From an uncultured Planctomycetia bacterium (GTDB lineage: Bacteria > Omnitrophota > Gorgyraeia > Duberdicusellales > 4484-171), in the NCBI GenBank assembly GCA_964455085.1, contig CAYVYJ010000008.1, positions 1,514 through 65,513 of the forward strand: a stretch of DNA of 64,000 bases. The letters are read 5' to 3'. The translations under genes and the position numbers were made by a program. The notes beneath the pieces are model-generated. The model had not been told where the DNA came from. It did no database searches and worked only from the letters and a program-made list of their open reading frames with translations. This document shows positions 9,754 through 20,060 of this stretch, in pieces (position 1 is the first letter of the stretch; each line of letters begins with the position of its first letter).

Positions 9754-10020
9754 CTAATCTTTTACTCTTTCTCTTCTGTAAACTAATACAAAGATGAGTA
9801 CTAAGGTAAAAAGAACAAAATTTATAATATTAAATGTCCGCCAAACTAAATCTTCAGACACAAATCCATCCGGGGCCATCAAGACAAAACATAGCCACAC
9901 ACCTATTGCCCAATAGATACTAATATCCCGGGATGATTTCCGTTTTATTATTCTCAAGATCAGCGGTATATTCCAAAAGGGAAGGATAATCGCTGCGATA
10001 AGTGCCACTTTTTCTGCCAT
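9754..10020 (-). CDS. Small 3-TM protein, SemiSWEET/PQ-loop-like
   Basis: 88 aa, IPLILRIIKRKSSRDIS motif, three hydrophobic helices. Confidence 0.65.
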   Translation of the reverse strand: MAEKVALIAAIILPFWNIPLILRIIKRKSSRDISIYWAIGVWLCFVLMAPDGFVSEDLVWRTFNIINFVLFTLVLIFVLVYRRERVKD

Positions 10021-10093
10021 TTACTAGTTTTGTTTTAGATAAATTTACCTCACCGAAGACGGCAGACCTATTAACCGCCTCCGCTTAAACCGA

Positions 10094-10249
10094 TTACTTT
10101 TTAAGTAAAGTTAATATTTCTTCAAGCTGTTTGGATATCTTCGATAAAATATCCATCTGTTCGCGCTGGGAACGCTCCTGCTTTTCCTGGAGCTGTTTTG
10201 CCTGATTAGCCATTTTCGACAAATCTCCTAATTTGCCTAAATCAAACAT
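10094..10249 (-). CDS. Small 51-aa coiled-coil protein missing from the ORF track
   Basis: Strong SD AAGGAGG 4 nt before ATG; MFDLGKLGDLSKMANQAKQLQEKQERSQREQMDILSKISKQLEEILTLLKK. Confidence 0.75.
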   Translation of the reverse strand: MFDLGKLGDLSKMANQAKQLQEKQERSQREQMDILSKISKQLEEILTLLKK

Positions 10250-10320
10250 AGATCCTCCTTTTGAACTGATTCGGTTTAGGTTAAACCTAACCTTATTGAC
10301 TGATCAAAAGCTGACAGACT

Positions 10321-11469
10321 TCATTTGGCTTTAGTGAAAGATTTAAGTGACTTGAGGTAATTACGATAATTAGAGCTTATTTCTCCTAGGCTATCAAATC
10401 CAAATTTATCCAAAAAACTCTCAGTTATGGCAATTGCTGACATACTTTCAGCAATAAGGCCGCAAGCAACTATCGCACAAACATCTGAACGCACAACTGG
10501 TGCTTTTTGAGCTTTCTTGGTAATAATATTTACTGAATCAAGTGGTTTAGCCAAAGTAGCAATCGGTTTCATAGCCAGCCTTAAGATAATTGGTAATCCT
10601 GTAGAAATACCCCCCTCGATGCCGCCGGAATTATTGGTCTTTCTGGTAAAACCTTTATTGACTGTGTAATATATCGCATCGTGAGTGAGTGACCCACTTT
10701 TTTTGGCGTAGTCAAAACCTAAACCTATCTCAACCCCTTTAACCGCAGGAATACCCATTAAATAAGAACTAAGTTTAGCATCCAGGCGGCGATCAAAGTG
10801 CATGAAACTCCCAACTCCTGCAGGCACACCTTCTATCCAAAGCTCAACTACTCCACCTAAGCTGTCCCCGGCCTCTTTTGCTTCAGCAATCTCTTCAATC
10901 ATTAGCTTCTCTTTATTCTTATCGAGACAATTTAATTTTGACCCCTTAATTTTATTAATAATCTCATTTATGCTCCTAGGTTGCTTTTGAGAAGAAATGC
11001 CTCCCAGGCTGAGAGTGAAACTGGCAATCTTTATTCCGAAGTTTAAAAGAAATTGTTTACATATAGCACCAGCAGAGACTCTGGCTACTGTTTCCCGGGC
11101 CGAAGCTCTTTCGAGAATATTCCTCATATCTGTTTCTTGATACTTTAAGGCACCGGCTAAATCAGCATGCGAAGGTCTCGGCACAGAAAGAGAAGATAAG
11201 CTATCTTTAGCTTGAGTAAATATCTTGGTATCTTTATTTTTGACCAGTATAGCTATCGGGCTACCTAAAGTTATTTTGTTGCGCAGGCCGGATACAATCT
11301 TAACTCTATCCTGCTCTATTGACATCCGCTTTCCTCTCCCTTCACCAGAGGCCCGCTTCTTTAACTCTTCATTGACGAATTTCTGATCAACCTTTACTCC
11401 TTTAGGAAATCCTTCCAGAATCGCCACAATATACTCCCCATGGGATTCGCCAGCAGTTAAAATTCGCAC
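10321..11469 (-). CDS. aroC: Chorismate synthase
   Basis: TAGESHG, PRPSHADL, ERASARET, MKPIATL, RSD. Confidence 0.97.
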   Translation of the reverse strand: MRILTAGESHGEYIVAILEGFPKGVKVDQKFVNEELKKRASGEGRGKRMSIEQDRVKIVSGLRNKITLGSPIAILVKNKDTKIFTQAKDSLSSLSVPRPSHADLAGALKYQETDMRNILERASARETVARVSAGAICKQFLLNFGIKIASFTLSLGGISSQKQPRSINEIINKIKGSKLNCLDKNKEKLMIEEIAEAKEAGDSLGGVVELWIEGVPAGVGSFMHFDRRLDAKLSSYLMGIPAVKGVEIGLGFDYAKKSGSLTHDAIYYTVNKGFTRKTNNSGGIEGGISTGLPIILRLAMKPIATLAKPLDSVNIITKKAQKAPVVRSDVCAIVACGLIAESMSAIAITESFLDKFGFDSLGEISSNYRNYLKSLKSFTKAK

Positions 11470-11482
11470 CTTTTCCTCCTTT

Positions 11483-12304
11483 TCAAAATATAAAACTCAC
11501 TATTTTGTTTCCCCAGAAAAATACAATCACAGTAGCTAAGGACAAATAAGGCAGATAAGGTATCAAGTGTGATCTTTTAAAGATAAGGGCAAAGATCGAG
11601 TAGAGTAAGGCTATAAAAGGAGCAATAAAAAACACCAGAACTACCGCTTTTATCCCTAAAAATACACCTACCATTCCCATAAAATCCACATCACCTAAAC
11701 CCAAAGATTCCCTTTCTCCTTCAATTGACTCTTTTTTACGCAACTTAAGATAAAAATCAATAAAAATATCGCCAAAGAACTTAAAAAGATAAGTAAAGCC
11801 AAAGCCAAAAAGCAGACCTTTAAACGCTGCATAAAGAGGCAATGCTCCTAAGTCAAAGACTCCGGTTCTAAGAAGCTGTGAGGTAGGCCAAAGACTAAAG
11901 AGCAGCCCGATGATGATTCCTAAAAAGCATAAGTGTACAGGAATCGCATGGTAATCAATATCAATAAAAGAAACTACTAATAACAGGGCAAAGAGAAACA
12001 TATATTTTAATAGTTCCAGGCCAAAACCTAACTTTAAATAAAGCGCCAGAAAGAATGCGCCGCTGATAAGCTCGACTAAGGGATACCTAAAGGATATTCT
12101 TTTCTGGCAACTGCGACAGCGGCCGCCTAAGAGAAGATAACTAATTAAAGGAATATTGTCATGCCATTTAACCGGAGTTTTACACTTGGGACAAAAAGAA
12201 CCAGGAGTAATAATCGATTTCTCTTGGGGGAAGCGATGAATGCAGACATTAAGAAAGCTACCCAGACAACTACCAAAAATAAATATCCATATCCTTGTAC
12301 TCAT
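11483..12304 (-). CDS. pilD: Type IV prepilin peptidase
   Basis: GSFLNVCIHR, CPKC...CRSC, IDID, GLGD aspartate motif. Confidence 0.93.
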   Translation of the reverse strand: MSTRIWIFIFGSCLGSFLNVCIHRFPQEKSIITPGSFCPKCKTPVKWHDNIPLISYLLLGGRCRSCQKRISFRYPLVELISGAFFLALYLKLGFGLELLKYMFLFALLLVVSFIDIDYHAIPVHLCFLGIIIGLLFSLWPTSQLLRTGVFDLGALPLYAAFKGLLFGFGFTYLFKFFGDIFIDFYLKLRKKESIEGERESLGLGDVDFMGMVGVFLGIKAVVLVFFIAPFIALLYSIFALIFKRSHLIPYLPYLSLATVIVFFWGNKIVSFIF

Positions 12305-13167
12305 CTCTTTGTAAACCCGCCTTCAATTGCTCCCCACATTGCTTCTACTATTTTAGCATAAGGCACTTGAGTTCCTGTGAAATAAATAAAAGAAAAAGCT
12401 CCTTGGTAAACCAACATCCCCAGTCCATTAGAATGCTCTAAGCCTTTAGCTTTGGCGAGTGACAATAACTTAGTTGAAGCCGGATTATAGATAAGGTCAT
12501 AAATAAATAAATCTTCATGCAACATACCCTCATCTACCAGGCAAGGATCATCGCCTTTTAAACCTACAGGAGTTGCATTTACAAGCAAGTCTTTATGCCT
12601 GATATCTAATCCTGTGACCGTATCCACTATTGATAGCTTAAGATCCGGGAAAATTTCTTCAAGCAGTTTACCAACACTCTCTGACTTATCCCGCTCAAGG
12701 TCAAAGATAGCTATCTCCTCTGCACCCTTTTTGGCTAGAGAGTAAGCTACCGCCTTCCCCGCTCCTCCGGCACCCAATAAGGCTATTCTCTTCTTACGTG
12801 GCGCAAAACCTACTTTATTCAGATGCCTCAAGAATCCAGCCACATCGGTATTATATCCTTTTAATTTTCCGTCTTTCCTTACTATAGTGTTCACAGTTCG
12901 TATCTCCTTGGCGTAAGGAGCTGTATTATCCAGCTCGATGAGATTGAAATCCAAAACTTTCTCTTTGTAAGGAACAGTGACGTTTAATCCCCAGATATTC
13001 TCTCTTTCCAAACTCCCCAAGAAAGATGCAAGCTCCTGGGGTTGCTTTTGAAATAGCTGGTATTGGCCAGGAATATTTAATTTTCTGAAGACAGCATTAT
13101 GCATCCGGGGGGAGAAAGAATGTTCCAGGGGATAACCAAGTAAACCGTATATTTTAGAAGAACTCAT
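12301..13167 (-). CDS. aroE: Shikimate dehydrogenase
   Basis: HSFSPRMHN, NVTVPYK, GYNTD, GAGGAG, NGLGMLVYQ. Confidence 0.95.
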   Translation of the reverse strand: MSSSKIYGLLGYPLEHSFSPRMHNAVFRKLNIPGQYQLFQKQPQELASFLGSLERENIWGLNVTVPYKEKVLDFNLIELDNTAPYAKEIRTVNTIVRKDGKLKGYNTDVAGFLRHLNKVGFAPRKKRIALLGAGGAGKAVAYSLAKKGAEEIAIFDLERDKSESVGKLLEEIFPDLKLSIVDTVTGLDIRHKDLLVNATPVGLKGDDPCLVDEGMLHEDLFIYDLIYNPASTKLLSLAKAKGLEHSNGLGMLVYQGAFSFIYFTGTQVPYAKIVEAMWGAIEGGFTKR

Positions 13168-13622
13168 ATTTTTTCCTTAAAGACAATACTCCAAAAATAA
13201 TCCCAGTGCTCCTTATTAAAATAAGAAAAAGGATTGGGATAATTGTATTTAAGGTGAGATTGTATCTCTTCTTGGGTACGGTATCGCTTCACTTTCGCAG
13301 ACTCTTGTTTTTCCTCAATAGGGTCATAAATTAAATTCCAGAATTCTGCCCATTGAGACGGGGTGAATTGGCCAAATACATCTTTAGCTAAATGGATAAG
13401 CTCACTTTCTCTGCTGATAAAACTCAAAGGGCGTCTCCTTTGAGGATTAAAGGTAAAAGATGTGTCCTGTTTAAAAGATTCTACCTTTGCTTTGGTAAAT
13501 TCCCGCAAGATATTAATCTTTGATCTTAAAAAACTTAACTTCTCTGTTTTATGAAAGTTAATTATAGCTAGGGCTAGGAAAATAACTGTGGCTATTCCGA
13601 TTAAATTCTTAATATACTTCAT
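13164..13622 (-). CDS. Hypothetical membrane-anchored protein with an internal FxxFxxxxWxxFW repeat
   Basis: N-terminal TM helix; 4-bp overlaps with both neighbours. Confidence 0.7.
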   Translation of the reverse strand: MKYIKNLIGIATVIFLALAIINFHKTEKLSFLRSKINILREFTKAKVESFKQDTSFTFNPQRRRPLSFISRESELIHLAKDVFGQFTPSQWAEFWNLIYDPIEEKQESAKVKRYRTQEEIQSHLKYNYPNPFSYFNKEHWDYFWSIVFKEKI

Positions 13623-15133
13623 CTAATTCGATTTAGAGCATCCAGATAGGCTTTCGCCGAAGATTCTAAAATATCTGTGCTCGAACCCCGGCCGCTAACC
13701 GTTTTACCCTTAACAACGATTTCCACCCTTACCCGGCCTTGAGCATCTTTTCCTCTGGTAATTGCATCAAGTTTATACCCAAGAAGTTTTGTTTTTATCC
13801 CTGTAATCTTATCAATTGCTCTATAACAGGCGTCTACCGGTCCATCACCGGTAGATTTTGCTTCCCGGACCTTTCCCTTATACCTAATTTTAATTTCGGC
13901 TTGAGGCAAAGTTCCGGTCTCGGTAACTACTTTTATTGAAACCAAATCATAAACCTTAACCCTTGGCTTTACCTGTTCTTCGGCTAAGGCAATTAAATCA
14001 TCATCAAAAACTTCCTTTTTCTTATCAGCCAGTTGTTTAAACTGTTTAAAAAGTACATCTATTCTGCCTTTGCTAAAATTAAAGCCCAGTTTTCCCAACC
14101 TCCTAGCCAGAGCATGTCTTCCAGAATGCTTTCCCAAAACTATCTGGCTTTTATCCACCCCTACATCCTTAGGGTTCATTATTTCATAAGTACTTCTCTT
14201 CTTAAGTATGGCATCTTGATGAATCCCCGACTCATGAGCAAAGGCGTTTCTACCCACAATAGCTTTATTAGGAGGAACAATGAATCCAGTAAGATTGCTT
14301 ACCAGACGGGAGGTATGAACAATCTCCTTAGTCTTTATACCAGTTACCAGATTGGCAAAAACATCTTTACGAGTATTCAGGGCCATTACTATCTCCTCTA
14401 GCGATGCATTACCGGCTCTCTCACCAATGCCGTTTATTGTACAATGCACTTGGCGGACTCCAGCTAAGACTGCCGAGAGAGAATTTGCAACAGCCATGCC
14501 CAAATCATCATGGCAGTGTATAGCAATAACTGCCTTGCCGATATTGGGAACATTGTCGCGGATATCAGAGATTAAGCTGTAGATCTCTTGAGGGTAAGAG
14601 TAGCCCACTGTATCAGGAATATTTATTGTTCTTGCCCCGTAAGCTATAGCTGTCTCAATTACCCGGAAAAGAAATTCTTTCCTTGAACGAGTAGCATCTT
14701 CAGGAGAAAACTCGATATCCCCACATAGATTGCGAGCCAGTTTAGTAGCGCCTTTAGCTAAAGCTAAAATCTCATCTTCAGCTTTTTTAAATTTGTACTT
14801 AAGGTGAATTTTTGAAGTAGCTAGAAAAATGTGGATACGGGGATTCTTTGCTCTCTTTAACGAATTTTGAGCTGCCGCAATATCCTTAGGCAAACATCTT
14901 GCCAGGGCGCAGATAGTACTTCCCTTAATATTCCGGGCAATAAGATCTACAGCCTTAGAGTCATCAGGGCTAGCAATAGGAAAACCAGCTTCGATTACGT
15001 CTACCCCTAACTTGGCCAGCTGATAGGCAACCTCTAACTTCTGTTCAGAAGTCAAAGTTGCCCCCGGAGCCTGCTCCCCGTCTCTTAAGGTAGTATCAAA
15101 AATAACAATTTTTTCTTTTGCCACTTCTTGCAC
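13619..15133 (-). CDS. leuA: 2-isopropylmalate synthase
   Basis: FDTTLRDGEQ, HCHDD, GERAGN, HESGIHQD, regulatory GDGPVDA. Confidence 0.95.
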   Translation of the reverse strand: MQEVAKEKIVIFDTTLRDGEQAPGATLTSEQKLEVAYQLAKLGVDVIEAGFPIASPDDSKAVDLIARNIKGSTICALARCLPKDIAAAQNSLKRAKNPRIHIFLATSKIHLKYKFKKAEDEILALAKGATKLARNLCGDIEFSPEDATRSRKEFLFRVIETAIAYGARTINIPDTVGYSYPQEIYSLISDIRDNVPNIGKAVIAIHCHDDLGMAVANSLSAVLAGVRQVHCTINGIGERAGNASLEEIVMALNTRKDVFANLVTGIKTKEIVHTSRLVSNLTGFIVPPNKAIVGRNAFAHESGIHQDAILKKRSTYEIMNPKDVGVDKSQIVLGKHSGRHALARRLGKLGFNFSKGRIDVLFKQFKQLADKKKEVFDDDLIALAEEQVKPRVKVYDLVSIKVVTETGTLPQAEIKIRYKGKVREAKSTGDGPVDACYRAIDKITGIKTKLLGYKLDAITRGKDAQGRVRVEIVVKGKTVSGRGSSTDILESSAKAYLDALNRIR

Positions 15134-15136
15134 CGG

Positions 15137-16126
15137 TTATTCCATCCAGGGCATCATTCCGCGGAGTTCCTTCCCAATTTTTTCAATCGGATGATTCTTT
15201 TCTTCTTCGGTTATTCTGTTGTAGTTTGGTCTACCTTCCTGATTCTCTTTTATCCACTCCCGAGCAAAAGAACCTGATTGAACTTCGCCAAGAATCTTCT
15301 TCATCTCCTCCCGAGTTTGTTTATTAACTATCCGCTTACCTCTGGTTATGTCGCCATATTCAGCAGTATCGGAAACTCTCTTTCTCATACCATAAATACC
15401 AGTCTTGTAAATAAGGTCAGTAATCAGTTTAAGTTCATGTAAACATTCAAAGTAAGCGATTTCCGGTTGATACCCGGCTTCGACTAAAGTGTCAAAACCA
15501 GCTTTTATCAACTCTGAAGTGCCCCCGCAAAGAACTGCCTGTTCACCAAAAAGATCAGTCTCGGTCTCTTCTTTAAAGGTAGTTTCAATAACACCGGCTC
15601 TTGTCCCACCGATAGCCTTAGCATAAGCTAAAGCTTTATTTCTAGCTTTGCCGCTAAAGTCCTGAAATACTGCGATTAAGCAAGGAACTCCCTTGCCTTG
15701 TTCGTACATCTCCCTTACCAAAGCACCCGGCCCCTTAGGCGCAACCATAAAAACATCAACGTTTTCCGGAGGTACAATTTGCTTAAAATGAATGTTAAAT
15801 CCGTGAGAAAATACTAAAGCATTGCCTTGTTTAAGGTTAGCCACTATAGAATTTTTATAGACCATACCCTGGACATGATCCTGGGTTAATATCTGGATGA
15901 TATCGGAAGCTGCTGCAGCATCTTCAGCAGACATAACCTCAAATCCGTCCTGTTTAGCTTGTTGATAGTTTGGTGTGCCTTTAAGTTCACTCACTAAAAC
16001 TCCCACTCCACTATCTCTTAAATTTAAAGCCTGACCCCGGCCCTGTATACCATAGCCAATAATAGCTATTTTAAGATTTTTAATTATATCCAGATTAGCA
16101 TCCTGATCATAATACATCTTAGCCAT
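15137..16126 (-). CDS. ilvC: Ketol-acid reductoisomerase
   Basis: [27 protein letters not shown]. Start reassigned to the ATG at 16126, which follows SD GGAGG. Confidence 0.97.
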   Translation of the reverse strand: MAKMYYDQDANLDIIKNLKIAIIGYGIQGRGQALNLRDSGVGVLVSELKGTPNYQQAKQDGFEVMSAEDAAAASDIIQILTQDHVQGMVYKNSIVANLKQGNALVFSHGFNIHFKQIVPPENVDVFMVAPKGPGALVREMYEQGKGVPCLIAVFQDFSGKARNKALAYAKAIGGTRAGVIETTFKEETETDLFGEQAVLCGGTSELIKAGFDTLVEAGYQPEIAYFECLHELKLITDLIYKTGIYGMRKRVSDTAEYGDITRGKRIVNKQTREEMKKILGEVQSGSFAREWIKENQEGRPNYNRITEEEKNHPIEKIGKELRGMMPWME

Positions 16127-16139
16127 CTTTAACCTCCTC

Positions 16140-16212
16140 AATGAGACTTAGTCCGCCAAAGGCGGACTGTAGTCGAATTGATACTGAGGGTATGAAATAC
16201 CCGAAGTATCTT
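16140..16212. repeat. 73-bp two-hairpin intergenic repeat, copy 1
   Basis: 66/73 identical to 29766-29838, with compensatory stem changes. Confidence 0.9.
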
Positions 16213-16213
16213 C

Positions 16214-16687
16214 TTACTTCCCGATTGCAATTCTCCCGGTCCTTACTAATTCTTTTAACTCTACACCCTTCAATTCTTTTAGAATTTCTTCTTCCTGGTA
16301 GTGATCCGAACAAATCTCTAAGAAATAATCCTCTTTAGTTTCCTCAATGATCTTTATTGGAAACTTCTTGACTAGTTTTTCTATAGTCTTTTTACTCTTT
16401 TTGCTTTTAACTATTTTGGCTAAAATCAGGTCTCGATCAATATAATCCCGACGGGTAAAGTCAATGACTGTAATTACATCAATTAACTTATGAAGTTGCT
16501 TTTTTATCTGTTCAAGAACCTTCTCATCCTGCGCGTCTACAACAATAGTCATACACGAGACAGAAGAATCTTCAGTTTCACCGACTGCTAAAGATTCAAT
16601 GTTATAGCCGCGGGCGCTAAACAAAGAAGAAACCCTTGCCAAAACTCCAAACCTGTTTTCAACTAAGGCTTGTATAGTATGACGCAT
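16214..16687 (-). CDS. ilvN: Acetolactate synthase small subunit
   Basis: MRHTIQALVENRFGVLARV, RGYNIESL, RTG. Confidence 0.95.
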   Translation of the reverse strand: MRHTIQALVENRFGVLARVSSLFSARGYNIESLAVGETEDSSVSCMTIVVDAQDEKVLEQIKKQLHKLIDVITVIDFTRRDYIDRDLILAKIVKSKKSKKTIEKLVKKFPIKIIEETKEDYFLEICSDHYQEEEILKELKGVELKELVRTGRIAIGK

Positions 16688-16691
16688 TGTA

Positions 16692-18368
16692 TTAAGCCAT
16701 ACCTCCAATCATTCGGTTAATGGCCTCTCCGGCCGGCACCATAGGAAATACGTTCTCCTCGGGTTCAATCAAAAAATCAGCCAAAACAGAACCTTTAAAT
16801 TTAAGGATTTCCTCTATTGCCTTCTTTACTTCGCTTACTTTCTTTACCTGTATGCCCTTTATCCCATAACCTTGGGCAACTTTCACAAAATCAGGATTCT
16901 TTAAGGGTGTTCCTGAATAACGCCGGTTATAAAAAAGCTCCTGCCATTGTCTAACCATTCCTAGGTAACCGTTATTCAAAATGATTATCTTGATCTTTAA
17001 ATTATAGGTATTCAAAGTAGCTAATTCCTGGATATTCATTTGTATCGAACCATCACCGGCAATAACAATCACTTCTTTCTTAGGGTTAGCTATCTTGGCT
17101 CCGATTGCCGCCGGGAAACCATAACCCATTGTTCCCAAACCGCCACTGGAGAGGAAATGACGAGGGTAATCAAACTTATAAAACTGTGATGCCCACATCT
17201 GATTTTGTCCTACTTCAGTGGTAATAATAGCCTTACCCTTGGTTTGGTGGTAAAGTTCTTCAATAACGTATTGCGGTTTAATTTTACCGGTCTTCTTATA
17301 TTTATATTTAAGCGGGTGCTTCTTCTTCCACTCTTTTATTTTCTTGTGCCAGTTTTCTAGATCAACTAATTTAGTCTCATCGACCTCTTCGGTGAGCTGA
17401 CCAACGATATTCTTAGCATCACCGACAATCGGAACATCAACGTTTATAGTCTTACTTATCGATGTAGGGTCAATATCAATATGAACTATCTTTGCCCCAG
17501 GGGCAAAAGCATCTAATTTTCCAGTAACTCGGTCATCGAAACGGGAACCAACCGAAATCAAAAGGTCACTCTCAGTAACTGCCAAATTAGCATATACAGT
17601 TCCGTGCATGCCCGGCATACCTAAAGATAGTTGATGGGTAGAAGGGAATCCTCCCAATCCCATAAGGGTAGTTGTGACCGGGATATTGGTTTTTTCAGCA
17701 AATCTTAATAACTCCTCACAAGCTCCCGCTATAATAACCCCTCCTCCGGCCATAATAACCGGCTTCTTAGAATTATAGATAAGTTTAAGTACTTTTTTTA
17801 TTTGTCCGGGATGTCCAAAATGAGTTGGACTATAACTTCTCATCTTTATTTTCTTAGGATAGTTAAAATCTGCCTCTTGTATCTGTGTATCAACCGGTAA
17901 ATCAATAACTATTGGCCCAGGCCTTCCGGTACTAGCTAGATAAAAAGCTTCTTTTACGATATAGGCAATATCCTTGGCATCCTTTATCAGATAATTATAC
18001 TTACTTATCGAACGGGTTATCCCGGTTACATCGGCTTCTTGAAAGGCGTCATTACCGATTAAAGATGTTTTTACCTGGCCGGTAATAGCTATAATCGGCA
18101 CAGAATCCATATGGGCAGTGGCAATACCAGTAGTCAAGTTAGTCGCCCCGGGCCCTGATGTAGCCACACAAACTCCTACCCTGCCTGTAGAACGAGCATA
18201 ACCATCAGCAGCATGAGCGGCTGCCTGCTCATGACGGGTCAAAATAAATTTTATCGGAGAATCATAGAGATAATCAAATAAAGGTATGACTGTCCCGCCG
18301 GGATAGCCAAAAATCACCTCTACTCCCTCCCGAATCAAACTCTCAATTAGAATTTTAGCACCTTTCAT
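16692..18368 (-). CDS. ilvB: Acetolactate synthase large subunit
   Basis: FGYPGG, RHEQ, TSGPG, GDGS...[12 protein letters not shown]. Confidence 0.97.
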   Translation of the reverse strand: MKGAKILIESLIREGVEVIFGYPGGTVIPLFDYLYDSPIKFILTRHEQAAAHAADGYARSTGRVGVCVATSGPGATNLTTGIATAHMDSVPIIAITGQVKTSLIGNDAFQEADVTGITRSISKYNYLIKDAKDIAYIVKEAFYLASTGRPGPIVIDLPVDTQIQEADFNYPKKIKMRSYSPTHFGHPGQIKKVLKLIYNSKKPVIMAGGGVIIAGACEELLRFAEKTNIPVTTTLMGLGGFPSTHQLSLGMPGMHGTVYANLAVTESDLLISVGSRFDDRVTGKLDAFAPGAKIVHIDIDPTSISKTINVDVPIVGDAKNIVGQLTEEVDETKLVDLENWHKKIKEWKKKHPLKYKYKKTGKIKPQYVIEELYHQTKGKAIITTEVGQNQMWASQFYKFDYPRHFLSSGGLGTMGYGFPAAIGAKIANPKKEVIVIAGDGSIQMNIQELATLNTYNLKIKIIILNNGYLGMVRQWQELFYNRRYSGTPLKNPDFVKVAQGYGIKGIQVKKVSEVKKAIEEILKFKGSVLADFLIEPEENVFPMVPAGEAINRMIGGMA

Positions 18369-18412
18369 CTCTCTACTTTCCCTATATTTAGACTAGGCTT
18401 TAGCTAACCCCA

Positions 18413-18440
18413 ATTATATCATTGCTTATTAAAAAAACAA
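18413..18440 (-). promoter_or_regulatory. Putative promoter of the ilvB operon
   Basis: TTGTTT-16 bp-TATAAT with extended -10 TG. Confidence 0.45.
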
Positions 18441-18467
18441 TAAGAAAGGATAAGCCTTAAGCTTTCC

Positions 18468-20039
18468 TTATTTTGGAGAGTCTTTAAGGAGTTTATACTC
18501 AACGCTATCGGATAAAGCCTGCCAAGATGCCTCAATAATATTTTCTGAAACACCAATAGTTGACCAGCTATCTTCCTTGTCCTGGGATTGAATCAAAACT
18601 CTCACCTTTGTTGCGGTCCCGCCTTTCTCATCAAGCACTCTAACCTTAAAATCAGTAAGGTGCATCCCAGAGAGTGTTGGATAAAACTTAGATAAAGCCT
18701 TTCTCAAAGCGTTGTCTAAAGCGTTGACCGGACCATCACCAAGAGAGGTTGTATGCTCTAATTTCCCGTTAATCTTCAACCTTATTATTGCCTCTGAAAC
18801 TAACTTGTTATCTTCACCTTTTTCAACAACAACTTTAAATCCCAGCAAATCAAAAAAGTTTTTATATTTCTTAAATTCTTTCTGAAGCAGCAGTTTAAAA
18901 GAACCTTCAGCAGCTTCAAACTGATATCCTTCTCTTTCTAACCTTTGGATCAGTTGATGTAAATTCTTAGCCTTATCTGACTTCTTATCTAAATCAAACT
19001 CTAGCTCTTTCGCCTTTACTACTAAAGTAGACTTACCAGCCAGTTCTGAAACAATAAGCTTCCGCTTATTCCCTACTAAAGCCGGATCAATATGCTCATA
19101 GGCCCGGGGATTTTTTATAACTGCATCAATATGTACTCCTCCTTTATGAGCAAAAGCGCTGTGACCTACAAAAGGATGATTATCGCGATGGACCATATTA
19201 GAGACTTCACTTACAAAATGCGAAAGATGGGTTAATTCAGCTAACCTTTTAGCAGATATAACCTTTTTCCCCATCTTAAGCTGCAATATGCTGATTATGG
19301 TCACTAAGTCAGCATTCCCACACCTTTCCCCGTAACCATTCATAGTCCCCTGGATCTGTATACAACCCTCATCTACACAAACTATCGAATTTGCCACTGC
19401 CAACCCTAAATCATTGTGGCAATGCACCCCAAAAGTGGCCAAAGAAAGTTTACTCTTTACCTCTTGAATTATTGTCTTAATTCCCCAAGGTAAATTTCCG
19501 CCATTGGTATCACAAAAAACAATTAGCTCAGCTCCCGACTCTTTAGCTACTCTTAAAGTCTTAAGGGCGTAACTGGGATCAGCCTTATACCCGTCAAAGA
19601 AGTGTTCAGCATCATAGAAGACACGTCTTCCTTTGCTTTTCAAGAAACTTATACTATCAGCAATAATCCTAAGATTATCATCAGGTTTTATCTTCAAAAC
19701 TTCTTTTACGTGTAAATTCCAGGTTTTACCGAAAATAGTAACACACTCAGTCTCGGAATCAAGTAGACTGATAAGATTCTGATCCTCCTTGGCCGGCTTT
19801 GAAGGATGAGCTGTAGAGCCAAAAGAGGTGAGTTTGCTATTTTTTAAAGAGTATTTCTTAAAATATTCAAAAAGCTCTTTATCCTTGGGATTAGAATAGG
19901 GCCAGCCACCCTCGATAAAATCAATGCCAAAATCATCTAACTTTTTGACGATATTGATCTTATCCTGACAGCTTAAAGAAATCCCTGGAGTTTGAGTTCC
20001 GTCCCTTAGGGTTGTATCGTAAATATATACTTTTTTCAT
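18468..20039 (-). CDS. cimA: Citramalate synthase
   Basis: YDTTLRDGTQ, EGGWP.SNP, FGKTW, DAEHFFDG, AHKGGVH. Confidence 0.92.
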   Translation of the reverse strand: MKKVYIYDTTLRDGTQTPGISLSCQDKINIVKKLDDFGIDFIEGGWPYSNPKDKELFEYFKKYSLKNSKLTSFGSTAHPSKPAKEDQNLISLLDSETECVTIFGKTWNLHVKEVLKIKPDDNLRIIADSISFLKSKGRRVFYDAEHFFDGYKADPSYALKTLRVAKESGAELIVFCDTNGGNLPWGIKTIIQEVKSKLSLATFGVHCHNDLGLAVANSIVCVDEGCIQIQGTMNGYGERCGNADLVTIISILQLKMGKKVISAKRLAELTHLSHFVSEVSNMVHRDNHPFVGHSAFAHKGGVHIDAVIKNPRAYEHIDPALVGNKRKLIVSELAGKSTLVVKAKELEFDLDKKSDKAKNLHQLIQRLEREGYQFEAAEGSFKLLLQKEFKKYKNFFDLLGFKVVVEKGEDNKLVSEAIIRLKINGKLEHTTSLGDGPVNALDNALRKALSKFYPTLSGMHLTDFKVRVLDEKGGTATKVRVLIQSQDKEDSWSTIGVSENIIEASWQALSDSVEYKLLKDSPK

Positions 20040-20060
20040 CTAACCTTTACCCTTTAACAC

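Noticed and set aside
10086-10278. 8-bp inverted repeat (TAAACCGA/TCGGTTTA) around the small ORF as MITE ends
   Set aside because: Too short, no target duplication, and plausible by chance
16119-16338. Similar short ORFs at 16141/16119 and 29596/29574 ([14 protein letters not shown]... vs MRLSPSKTDCSRIN...)
   Set aside because: The similarity comes only from the 73-bp repeat. Its changes are non-synonymous and base-pair compensatory, and the ORFs overlap ilvN or GH1.
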